Source of the DNA: Ginglymostoma cirratum
Taxonomy: Eukaryota
Length of the DNA: 64,000 nt
Reading direction: 5' to 3'
Assembly: GCA_024137785.1 (NCBI GenBank)
Contig: JAHRHZ010000111.1
Span: 34,669,830 to 34,733,829, forward strand
Under the pieces are notes generated by a model, which was not told the DNA's origin, ran no database searches, and worked only from the letters and a program-made list of their open reading frames with translations. This document shows positions 40,473 to 51,780 of this stretch, one piece after another. Made by a program: the position numbers and the translations under genes. The first letter of the stretch is position 1; each line of letters starts with the position of its first letter.

Positions 40473-41100
40473 TGAAGTGCTCTGCTGTCCACGCTTTGGA
40501 CACTTAAAACAGTTTAATGAGTTAAAAACCCTTTATCCAAATGTTCTTGCCAGCAAGATGGAATTCAGTTTACAGTTTAAGTCAATTTTATTAACAAAAT
40601 ATTTCTTATTAAAATACCACATGAACCTTTCGCAAATTCCCACAATATTTACTCACTATCTAGCTCTATCCATCTGAGGGAGGATAATACACACATGATC
40701 CACATGTTTGAGCTGGGCACAAGAATCTCCTACCTCTCAGAGGTAGGGCCGGCTTTGACCCACAAAAGTGGATCTTGTAGGCCAGGGTGGATCTTCTCCT
40801 TGATCTTATTGGGTTGCTGCATAGTCCCCTGCCATGAGTCTTGCTGTGAGTCTTTGCTGAGGGGCTGCCTTCCAGCTGTGTGTTTTTATCCCCTTCACCC
40901 CAGATCTTCCAGAATGTTCTGTACCTTTGGGATCATTAAGGAGATTCAAATCATCCAATGGGGTCACCACAATACCTTTTGCTGTTGACACGATGGGAAC
41001 TTGAAGAGTGTACAAACTCAGATACTGTCAATTAATCAAGGCCCCAGAAAGTCTGATCAATACTTTTCCAATTACCAACCCTCAGGCTGGTTGTAACTGG
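40473..41100 (-). mobile_element. Candidate solo LTR of a second family (5' boundary uncertain)
   Basis: Minus-strand order: reverse CCAAT, HSE, GATAAAA, AATAAA (40587-92), ...CACTTCA end; single copy in the window, so inferred from layout only. Confidence 0.35.
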
Positions 41101-42925
41101 ATCCCTGAACTTTTGTGACCTTTTTGACCTTGGTTTCCACTGTTCTCTCTAGCCGACAGCTGTTTGCTGCTATTTCATTTTCTCGATTTTTCCAGCTATG
41201 GGTCAATTTAGGATGGTCCAATTTTCGGCCCATGTTTGCTTGATCACAACTTTCTTCAGATCCTTACAAAAGCCCACATTGCCTTTTGCTGTTCTTGGGA
41301 TTGCACTTTGTGGCAATACCAGAGTTGGCAAGAGCAATTTCAGGGCTGACACCAAGGGTAAACACTAATGTGAACAGTTTAGCACCTGAATGTTGTGTTA
41401 TGTTTCAATCTTAGGTCATCTTTGTTCCAGAGACAGGCTGATTATGGCTATTAGATTGAGCTGGAATTGCTGGCCTTTCTCATTGTGACGGTCATGGTTT
41501 GAAAGGATTCAATGCAGATTGTGGGCATGTTAATAGATCCTTAGATCAAGAAGTTAAGGCATGTGTAATAAGCTGGTGTTAGCTACAGGGTAGATCTCTC
41601 TCCTGATGTGTTATTCCTGTTATCAGGGGGCCACAATTTTCCTGGGATCCTGGATCAATGACTTTTTCTAGATGAGACAGCACCCAATCTTAAGGCCCCT
41701 CATGGTATTTTTTTCATCCTTTTTATACTGATGAGGTGTGGGCACCTTCATTGAGAGTCATTGAGTTGTACAGAATGGAAATGGACCCTGTAGTTCAACT
41801 TGTCCGTGCCAACCAGATATTCCACATTAATCTATTCCCATTTGGCCCATATCCCATATTTTTAAGCACTTCCTACATTCTCTTCAGCAGCAGTCCTTTT
41901 TCAATGGAGCTACCATCCAGACAATACTGCACGCACTCCTATTGGAACTCCTATTTCCTGGGTCTTTCCTGCCATGTTTAATTGGGTGCAGAACAACATG
42001 TAGAGTTTCTCCTGGGGATGTACAGTGACCACATATGGGTCTGAAAGCTGCTTATGGTCCTTACACTGGGGTTCCAATACTGGGCAAGTTGGTTTCCCTC
42101 TGGTCTCCGTCTCTAAGACTAACTCTTTGAGCTGCTGTCAAAGTAAATAATATATTTTCTGTCTCAAGGCAACCTATGTCATGTGACAATAGTATCAAAG
42201 CTTTCAATTGCTCACACAATGCTTGGATTGTAGTTGTCACGCAATGTGACATGAATAACAGAATCATACTGACTTGTGATAAAGTGGTCCTTCATATCCC
42301 TCTTATTAAATTTCACATTTTCAGACACTATGTTTGGATAACTGTCGTGTTTGAGTTTCTGTCAATATCAGGACAACAGTAACTGTAAATTATACAAGTG
42401 ATCTTTCATCGTGATAGCTCTTCAATGGATAGTCCTCCATCAGGACATTTTTGTTTTGATGGGTTTCCAAAAGCATGATCAGGCACGAGTTAACATTTTG
42501 TCCACATCAAAATCACAAAATCACCTGCCTCTCTATCCATATTCCATGCTAACTTTTTAAAGTAAAGTGTGCATCTTCTGAAAATATTTTATGGGTGTAT
42601 GATGCAATTATAATAAATCCAATATCCAACTCAAAAGACCAAAAGAAATAGAGAAGGGAGGAGGCTATTCTACCCATCAGTTCTCCTCTGTCATTCAGTG
42701 ATCTGAATCTCGATATGACATGATATTTAAAAGGAATTTTTGATTTGGTAGTAGGATACAGTTGCCAGCAACTATCACAAAATGGAAGTGTAAGGTGACA
42801 AACACAAATATACAGAACCACAATCACTGTTAGGTCATTGCTCTAATTAGTCCTTCTACTTTTACTGGGCCATATTTCTCCAATAGAAACTGAACAAATG
42901 GACATGCGACAGGTGAGGTAAAGTG

Positions 42926-43256
42926 GGAGGTGATGGCCTTATGGTATTACTGCTGGAATGTCAGAGAACCAGGTAATGTTCTGGTGACCTAGGTTCAAAT
43001 CCTGCTATGGCAGACTGTGCAATTTGAATAAAAAATCTGGAATTAAGTGTTGTCTAATGATGACCATTAATTGATTGTTGGGAAGAAGAAGTGATCTGGT
43101 TCACTCATGTCCTTTAGGGAAGGAAACTGCCATCCTGGCCTACATGTGACTCCAGACCCACAACAATGTGGTTGACTCTAAAATGTCCCCTGGGCAATTA
43201 GGGATGGGAAATAAATGCTGCCTAGCCAGTGACACTATCATCTTGTGAATGAAAAA
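42926..43256 (+). mobile_element. tRNA-headed SINE (same family as 13745-14104)
   Basis: GGTTCAAATCC B-box; CCTTTAGGGAAGGAAACTGCC core; GGCAATTAGGGATGGG..AATAAATGC tail. Confidence 0.88.
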
Positions 43257-43959
43257 ATGTTTTTAAATATTAAGTAACAAATATCAGGGGACATGATGCT
43301 CAGAGGACCAGTCTGGTGGGAATCTATTTTCAATAGTGAGAGTGGCAGTGACCTTGACTACTGTCCCTAGTTGGAAGTGTCCTTGCAGCAGATGGCACAG
43401 AGGTACAACAGGCTCCATGCACACCTGCAGCCTCTGAAGTCAATTTCCAAGGTCCTTGCCAAAGCAATGTGCTTGAGCCCACAGATAAAGTTGGTGGGTG
43501 GGAACAGTCTGGTTATGAGACCTGCTGTTTTCACTGGCATACCTTTTTTTTCTGTGGCACTTCAGCAAATGAGCTGGGAAACTCAAAACTGAACCTCACT
43601 ACTAACTTTCAGATGGTATGCAAGCAATGCAGAACTCAGCACCATACAATTAAATAGAAATGGGGACGAGCCGTGCTGTGAGCAAAGTGAAGAGGAGTGG
43701 GAGTAATTAGACGGCCTTTTAAAATGTTGACACAGATACAATGTGCGACCTTCCTCTGCATGCCACGATTTTATGAGCTGAACTGAAGATTTGTATTGCA
43801 ATAGTTCTTTTTTATACTTTGCTTGCATTTCGAAAAGAAAATTTCAGTGAAAACTAGCACAACAGCAAAAATTAAAACCCTATTATGAATAATCACTAAA
43901 AGAAATTGAGAAACATCTGAATCAATAAGGGCTATTTTATACATTATATTTCTCATTAT

Positions 43960-45115
43960 CGACAGTGCTACTAAGCAGCACATGCTGAGCAATAACCTGC
44001 TCACTGACACCCAGTTTGGGTTACGCCAGGGCCTTTCAGTGCCTGACCTCATTACAGCCCTCGTTGAACCATGAACAAAAGAGCAGATTTCCAGAGCTGA
44101 GGGGAGACTGACTGCCCCCATGTGGCAACGAGGACTTCTAGCATTACTGGAGTCAATGGGAATCAAGGGGAAATCTCTTCGTTGTTTGGAGTCATACCTG
44201 GCGCAAAGGAAGATGGTTATGGTAGTTGGAAGTCAGTCACCTCAGCACCAGGACATCTCCGGGAAGAATTCCTCCAAACATTGCTCCAACATAAGATGAG
44301 AGGTGGGGATGTTCACTAATGACATGCTTAATGTTCAGCACCATTCACGTTTCCTCAGAAATTGAGGCAGTCCAAATGCAGCAATACCTGGACATATCTA
44401 GGCTTGGGCTGACAAATGGCGAATAAATTTGTTATAAGTCCTTCCCCAAAAAGAGAAAATTTAACCATTTCCCATTGACCTTCAATGGTAATATCATCAC
44501 TGGATTCCCCACTATCAGCACCCAGGGTGTTACCATTGACTGGGCACACTGTATCAATAAAGTGACTATAAGAGCTGTTCAGAAGCTCGAATCCTCCTGA
44601 TTCCCCAAAGCCTGTCCATCAGCTATAAGGCATGAGTCAGGAATGTGATGGAACACTCTCCACTTGCTTGGATGAGTGCAGCACCGACAGCACTCGTGTA
44701 GTTTGATACTATCCATGCTAACACAGCACCACATCTACAAACGTCCACTCCCTCCATCACCAATATTCAATATGGTAAAAATTCACCACAGCTTCTCAGA
44801 AAGCACCTTCCAAACACTTAGCCACTAACATCTAGAAGGACACGGACAGCAGATTCATGGGAACACCATCACCTGAAAATTCCCCTTCAAGCCCTTCACC
44901 ATCCTGACTTGGAAATATATCGATATTCCCTTAGGGTTGCTGGGTCAAAATCCCAGAACTCCCTCCTTAACAGCATTGTGAGTCTATTTATGGCATGTGG
45001 ATTGCAGTGTTTCAAGAAGCAGCTCACTACTTCCTTCTCAACACATGCAATGAGAGAAGGGCAGTAAATTTTGGCCAGCCAGCTATGCTCACATTCCATG
45101 ACCAAATAAAAAAAA
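43960..45115 (+). mobile_element. CR1/L2-group LINE fragment (second family), RT to 3' end
   Basis: LLTDTQFGLRQGLSVPDLITAL; later RNVMEHSPLAWMSAAPTAL; shared tail. Confidence 0.85.
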
Positions 45116-45469
45116 TTATGCTCACTCCCAATTATGGGAGAGGAAGGCTTAGGGTTTGGGGGTGGCAGGGGAAGGAAGAGAAGTACGGGCAACTTCTGAG
45201 CCTATCAAAGGCTATGAAAAATCACCAAATTCTAAATTACAACCGCTTTAGGGCACCTCACAAAGTCTGATTATAACCCCACAAGGCCTAATGTTTTCAT
45301 CCTCACCGCTAAAACACACAGAGTATATACACTTGATGTGTTTAAACAACTACCTCATGCTAATATGTCATAGGCTGAAAAATTGTCAGTTGTTTCATTA
45401 ATGATCTTTCTTCCATCATAAAGTCAGAAATGTAGCAAGTAACACCTGTACCATACAGGCACCAAACAG

Positions 45470-46158
45470 TTACCATTTTGAACAAGAGAAATCCTGGCCA
45501 TTGCCCTTTGACTTCAAAGTCATCACCATCACTGAATCCCCAGCCTCAAATTTCTGGGAATGACCATTAATAAAAAAACTGAACTGGATCAACCATATAA
45601 ATACTGTGGCTACAAGAACAGGTCAGAGATGAGGAATCCTGTGGTGAGTAACTCACCACCTGCCTCCCCATTACTTATCTACCATCTATGAGACAGAAGT
45701 TGGGAGAGTAAAGGAATACTCACTACTTGCCTGGACGGGTTCAGCTCTATCAACACTGAAGATGTATGCAAGATGACTGTATGCAAGACAAAGCAGTGAA
45801 ATCATTTGGCAGCCCATCTACCACATTCATCATTCACTTCCTGCACCACAGGTACAAAATGGCAGTAACACCCTTCCCAACTTGCAACCATTACCATCAG
45901 ATGGACAAGGGCATCCGATCCATGGGATAACTACCACCGGCAAGGTACCTTCCAAGGTACACACAATCCTCACATGGAACACACAATGTTCCTTCAATGT
46001 CAATGTGCCAAAATCCTGAAACTCTCTTCCTATGGTGTGCTAAGGACTGCTGCCGTTCAAGGCACCAACTCATTACCACTTTCTCAGGGCAATTAGGGAT
46101 ATGTAATAAATGCTAGCCCAGCCAGAAACATTCATTTCCCATGAATGAATAAAAAAAA
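45470..46158 (+). mobile_element. CR1/L2-group LINE 3' fragment (second family)
   Basis: KKLNWINHINTVATRTGQR; tail GGCAATTAGGGAT..ATGAATGAATAAAAAAAA. Confidence 0.85.
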
Positions 46159-46371
46159 GTGAAGTTTCTTCTTGTTGCTTGGTACAAGCCAATAGTAAAG
46201 TGTTTTTAAATGACGAGTTTTGGCCCAAAGGATGAAGCAGCAAGATTTAACTTTAACTATGTCAATATCTTTATTCTGTTCGCTGTTTTCTATTTGGGTG
46301 CTGGTGAACCTTGGCATTTCAGATATTTAAAATTTGTATCACAAATTCATTCAATCTGAGCATGAGTTGCT

Positions 46372-47003
46372 CACATCCTTCATTGTTAGAGAGATGGATT
46401 TTAAAAACAGGGAGGTTATGCTGCAACTGTATAGGGTGCTGTTGAGGCCACACCTGGAGTACTGTGTACAGTTTTGGTCTCTTTACTTGAGAAAGGACCC
46501 ACTGGCACTGGAGGGGGTGTAGAGGACGTTCACTGGGTTGGTTCCAGAATTAAGAGGGTTGGCTTATGAGGTGAGATTGAGTAGACTGGGACTATATTCA
46601 TTGGAATTTAGAAGAATGATGGGAGATTTTATAGAAACGTATAAAATTAAGATGAGAATAGATAGGATAGAAGCAGGGAGGTTGTTTCCAATTCCAAACT
46701 AGAATTGGGGGGCATGGCCTCAAAATAAAAGGGAGAAGATTTAGGACTGAGTTAGGGAGGAACTTCTTCACCCAAAGGGCTGTGATTCTATGGAATCCCC
46801 TGCCCAAGAAGCAGTTGAGGCTACCCATTTGAGTGTTTTTATAACAATAATAGATAAATTTTTGAACAGTAAAGGAATTAAGGGTTATGGTGAGCGGATG
46901 GGAAAGTGGAGCTGAATCCACAAAAAGATCAGCCGTGATCTTATTGAATGGTGGAGCAGGCTCGATGGGACGGTCTACTCTTGCTTCTATTTCTTATGTT
47001 CTT
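46372..47003 (+). mobile_element. CR1 3' fragment
   Basis: LRPHLEYCVQFWSLYLRKD; TTCTTATG tail; same subfamily as 6212-6990 and 31067-31880. Confidence 0.93.
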
Positions 47004-47649
47004 ATACCAGATCCTGCTGTGGAATATGACACATTATTCTTGTTCCAGCAGAGAATACATTTGAGGTCGCAATGGGCAAATTCCGAGTCTCTCAGTAAAT
47101 CAAAAGCTGTGGTAAGTAGGCAGAAAAGTGGAGTTGAAGTGCAAGGTGAGTCATGATTGTGTTGCACAACGGAGCAGACTTAATGGACTGTCTCGTCTAC
47201 TCCTGTTCCTCTTTCTTCCATTTTCATGCAGCGTCGTCTTCCTGAAGCTGAGGAATCTGGGTGAAGATATAAAAATACAGCAACATGCAATGAACTCCAT
47301 TTTAGGCAGAACATTGCCCTGCTTTATCCACAACTAAAACTAGTTCTTGATGCCAGTAGCACAGATAGAACAACTAAGAAGATTTTTTTAATGAAATTGA
47401 ATTGTTGTACACAACAGGGCAGGAAGAATTCCAAGAATCTTCCAAGGCCCATCTCCTCCTTTTCCTAACTTCTTAACAGCTAATATTTTTAATAGCATAC
47501 ATTTAAAAACAAACCGTACACTGAATATTACATAATCAAGATATGTCCTCTACTGCATTGCACTTAAAATGAAGAACACAAAAGGAAGATTGGAAACATA
47601 TTACCGGGAATTATTGTGATGCTAAATAAAACAATGGAAGTATGCTGTA

Positions 47650-47952
47650 GGGCAGCACAGTGGCTCAGTGGTGAACACAGCTACCTCACAGCACCAGCGA
47701 CCCGGGTTCAATTCAAGCCTTGAGCGACTGTCTGTGTGGAGTTTGCACATTCTCCCAGTGTCTGTAGGGTTTCCTCCGGGTGCTCCGGTTTCCTCCCACA
47801 ATCCAAAGATGTGCAGGTTAGGGTTGATTGGCCATGGAAAGTGCAGGGTTACAAGGAAAGTGTAGGGGGTGAGTCTGGGTGGGATGTCTCTTAGAGAGTC
47901 AGTGTGGACTTGTTGGGTTGAATGGCCTGTTTCCACTCTGTAGGGATTCTAC
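47650..47952 (+). mobile_element. HE1-like tRNA-derived SINE
   Basis: GGGCAGCACAGTGGCTCAGTGG (A box), GGTTCAATTC (B box), conserved core, GGGATTCTA tail. Confidence 0.9.
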
Positions 47953-48077
47953 AGTACATTGCATGCTGGTCATCTTCTCAGATAGCATATAACATTGAAT
48001 CACCAAAATCGGAAATTATCTTGAAGAGAATCATTTCTGTCTTCAACAGGAATAATCTTCCCTTTAGATTGTTTTAG

Positions 48078-48535
48078 TTTTGCTGCTAGTTGATGTTCAT
48101 GTATTCTGATGGCTAATTTCCTTCTTGTCTGTCCAGCAACAAAGCAGCACGACAAGCTCTCCTTAATATTGGTACGCTCAGACAATGAAGGCCATAAGTT
48201 TACCTGGGACAAGGTAACCATAGTAACCCAAACATAGACACGCACGGGAATTCCTAGAAGCATGCTTCTCCACCCATAATGCAATCAACAAACATATAGA
48301 ATTGGACCCCATACACAAACCTATACAGATCAAAACCGGAAATGACACTGCTCACCATAACAAACCAGACAGTATAACTTCCAAGCAGAGTAGAATAGCA
48401 TCGCTTCATCAGAGGCTCCACTGATGATGTCACCTAGCATGGTGACGAAACGTCAGAACGAGAACAAACCAGCTCGGTGAGCAAGTCAACAACCTCACCC
48501 ACAACCCGAGCTACAGATCTTTGCCAAAACTTTAA
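48078..48535 (+). mobile_element. Penelope-like element 3' end (GIY-YIG C-terminus + pLTR) with an inverted 5' piece
   Basis: Minus 48078-48134 GQTRRKLAIRIHEHQLAAK; plus from 48135 ATKQHDKLSLI..GHKFTWDKV..REFLEA..AINKHIELDPI; hammerhead core downstream. Confidence 0.88.
48421..48454 (+). ncRNA. Minimal type I hammerhead ribozyme core (PLE-associated)
   Basis: CTGATGA-T-GTCACC-TAGCAT-GGTGAC-GAAA-CGTC: canonical core, 6-bp stem II, GUC triplet; stem I poorly paired in this copy. Confidence 0.75.
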
Positions 48536-49965
48536 AATAGTCACCTGTTTACATATGCAGATTTGTGCATTAGAATAAGCATTAAGTTGAGGGTTCAGTT
48601 CAACAATATAGGCAGTTGAAAAATATTAGACAAAAATGTGTCTTGCATTATGTTTGACATTATCATTACAACATGTTTGGCACATTATTTAATAACATGC
48701 ATTGTTTCAATAACTAATCTAACAGGCAAATGTCCAATAGTTGAACAGTTTTGAATACAGGCCAGGGAAACAGGAACATCATGACTTAAATGGAAATATA
48801 ATAGGACTTTAGTGTTGTGATCAGAAAGATTTCTCATTTCTGTTGACTACCCACAGGAGTGAAAGGTAACTTTTTACATGGGACAACAATATCGAACTCC
48901 AGCTTTTAATTAGTTGATGGATATAAGCTGCAAAATAAACATAGATTCATTTTTACTTATTCAGTAAAATAGTTTAGATCTTTGTTTATTATGGATTCTG
49001 ATTAATATAGGAGAGTGAACACCAGAATTTGCCATGAAGAATGTACGCAACATACTGTGTAGCATCTGCTATGTGTTTGGCTGGTTCTGAGCTTTCCCAG
49101 CTTGGTCATTAACAACCAGAATGGAACAATATGCTAATCTGCAGGATTTTTTGCGGAACTGTTTGCTGATGAGTACAATGGATCATGCCAGCTCACTGGA
49201 TTCATGCTAAGAATGGAGATCCAAAATGGGAATCCTTAAAGAGAAGGGGACAATCATATTAAATGTTAAATATCTCTTCCAAGGTAAGAATATTTTTAGT
49301 TGTTTTAAATCATGTAGCCAGGAAGAATTCTTGACAAAGACATGTTGAGAAAGTGAAACTCTATCAATTATCTCCTCATGTTGCTGTGATTTCTATTATC
49401 TTGAATCAAAGTGTATTGAAAACAGCATATAAAAATTGATCAATAACAGGACAGATGTAATATCAAGCTTGGGCAGCAGATAACTGCACTAGAGAGGCAT
49501 TAAAACTCTGCATATAATTGTTGGTGATAGGTTTATACTTTCACATTTGTGGAAACTGCGGGTCTCTAGGATTCAAAGAGCTCATTTGACGACTGAGCCT
49601 TTCAAATGTTAATGTTAACGTGCGGGATAGCAGAATTATTCTTCACTAATGCAAAACGAGTAAGCAATTTCCATACTAAGCTTGGAAACACATTGTTTAG
49701 AGAATAAATGTAGCCCAGAAAACACCATAATTAAAAACCGACATGGCTGACCTCAGAAAATCTGCTGAAACAAACTTACAGTGCTTTTTGTAATAACAAG
49801 AACGTACCCTTCAACAATAGAATACAATCTTTGCAGTTGTGTGATGGGAATACGTGGTTACTGAATGTTTACCATGCATTGCCACCCTGCTCCACAACAT
49901 GCATGTACATTCTACATTCACCAGCTGTGTAAGTTACACTTTGCACAACAAGAAACATTGCGGAA

Positions 49966-50093
49966 TAAAAAAAAACGAAAGAACTGCGGATGCTGTAAAC
50001 CAGGAAACAAAACAGAAATTGCTGGAAAAGCTCAGCATCTGTGAAGGAAAAGACAGAGTTAATGTTTCAGGTCTGGTGACCCTTCCTCAGAAC
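49966..50093 (-). mobile_element. PLE pLTR fragment with hammerhead core
   Basis: Minus strand GTT-CTGAGGA-A-GGGTC-ACCA-GACCT-GAAA-CATT-AAC; degenerate 13-bp flanks AACATTGCGGAAT and AACGTTTCAGAAT. Confidence 0.8.
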
Positions 50094-50654
50094 GTTTCAG
50101 AATGCTCAATATCTCTCACAACAAACTGAGGAATGCATAGGGGAGGGAAGGGTAGGGTGTGGGGCAGGGGTTACAATATCAGGTGAGAGAGCCAGAAATA
50201 AACCTTTTAGCACATTGGAGCTGTGTAAGTTAACACAACAATCTAATTACTACAAATATTGCTTTTGGGTTCATTATCCTGAAAAACCCTGCATGATGTG
50301 ACCTAAACTTGAGTAATCGAAAGGTGGAAATAGTCAAATTAAGAGTTGAACAAATACAAGGAGAAGTTTAATTATGCTTCACGAGGATCAAAACAGTGTT
50401 TTATTTCTTGATCCCTTGCTCAGTCATTGACACATTTATGCAATTAAAGTCTCTGTAAAGTGTTGTCTTGTTTCTCTTTAAACAAGTTGCAGACAACTCT
50501 GACCAGAATGTTATGGATAAATATGCCCAGGCATTCCGCATATCAAAGCGGTCAAATTAGTATGTACATAAGCCAATACCGAAGCAAAACATTCCCATTT
50601 TATTAGGAGCAAAATTACAATAATCTTTAATACTAAACATGTTATCCTTAATCC

Positions 50655-50870
50655 TAAATAAAACTGAAAGAACTGCGGATGCTGTAAATCAGGAACAAAA
50701 ACAAAGTTGCTGGAAAAGCTCAGCAGGTCCGGCAGCATCTGTGAAGGAAAAAACAGAGTTAACGTTTCGGGTCTGGTTCTGAGGAAGGGTCACCGGACCT
50801 GGAACGTTAACTCTGCTTTTTCCTTCATAGATGCTGCCAGACTTGCTGAGATTTTCCAGCAACTTTGTTT
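50655..50870. mobile_element. Fold-back PLE pLTR insertion (~215 bp) with 13-bp TSD
   Basis: ~80-bp inverted arms around CTGAGGAAGGGTCA; flanks TTATCCTTAATCC and TTATCCCCAATCC. Confidence 0.85.
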
Positions 50871-50984
50871 TTATCCCCAATCCGATTTGGCTTCTTACGG
50901 TTGCAATACTTCCCAAGCCCCTTATAATTTTACGCAGTCACTCTGTCTGTGGCTCTGTCTCTTGGTCTGCAAAGCTGTAAGGTA

Positions 50985-51772
50985 AGAAGAATAAAAGCAT
51001 GGACTATTTTCTAAATGGGGAGAAAATTCAGGAGTCTGAAGTGCAAAGAGACTTGGAAGTTCTAGTCCAGGATTCTCTCAAGGTAAACTTGCAGGTTGAG
51101 TCAGTAGTTAGGAAGGCAAATGTAATGTTGGCATTTATTTTGAGAGGACTTGAAAATAAAAGCAGGGAAATACTTCTGAGTTTCTATAAGGCTCTGGTCA
51201 GGCCACATTTGGAGTGTGGTGCACAGTTTTGGGCCCCATATCTCAGGAAAGATGTACTGGCCCTGGAGCGGGTTCAGAGGAGGTTCACGAGAATGGTCCC
51301 AGGAATGGAAAGCTTAACATATGAGGAACGTTTGATGACTCTGAGTCTATACTCGACGGAGTTGAGAAGGATGAGGGGGGATCTAATTGAAACTTACGGA
51401 ACACTGAATGGCCTGGACAGAGTGGATGTTAGGAAGATATTTCCATTGTTGGGAGAGACTAGGACCCAAGGGCACAGTCTTAGGGTAAAGGGAAATCTTT
51501 TAAAATGGAGATAAGGAGAAACTTCTTTAGCCAGAGAGTGGTGAATCAATAGAATTCATTGCCATTGAAGGCTGTAGAGGCCAGGTCATTGAGTACATTT
51601 AAGATGGAGATAGATAGGTTCTTGATAGTCAAGGGGATCAAGGGTTACAGGGAGAAAGCGGGAGAATGGGGTTCAGAAACTTATCAGTCATGATTGAATG
51701 GCAGAGTAAACACAATGGGCTGAATGGCCTAATTTCTGCCCCTATGTCTTATGGCCTTATGATCTTATGATC
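50985..51772 (+). mobile_element. CR1 3' fragment nested in LTR copy A2
   Basis: 171-aa ORF 50999-51514 (ALVRPHLECGAQFWAPYLRKD); (CTTATGAT)n tail. Confidence 0.96.
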
Positions 51773-51780
51773 TCCCTCTG

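Noticed and set aside
47650-47725. tRNA-like A/B boxes (also 38046, 56094, 61053, 14104, 42926)
   Set aside because: SINE heads continuing into SINE bodies; no full cloverleaf, so not tRNA genes
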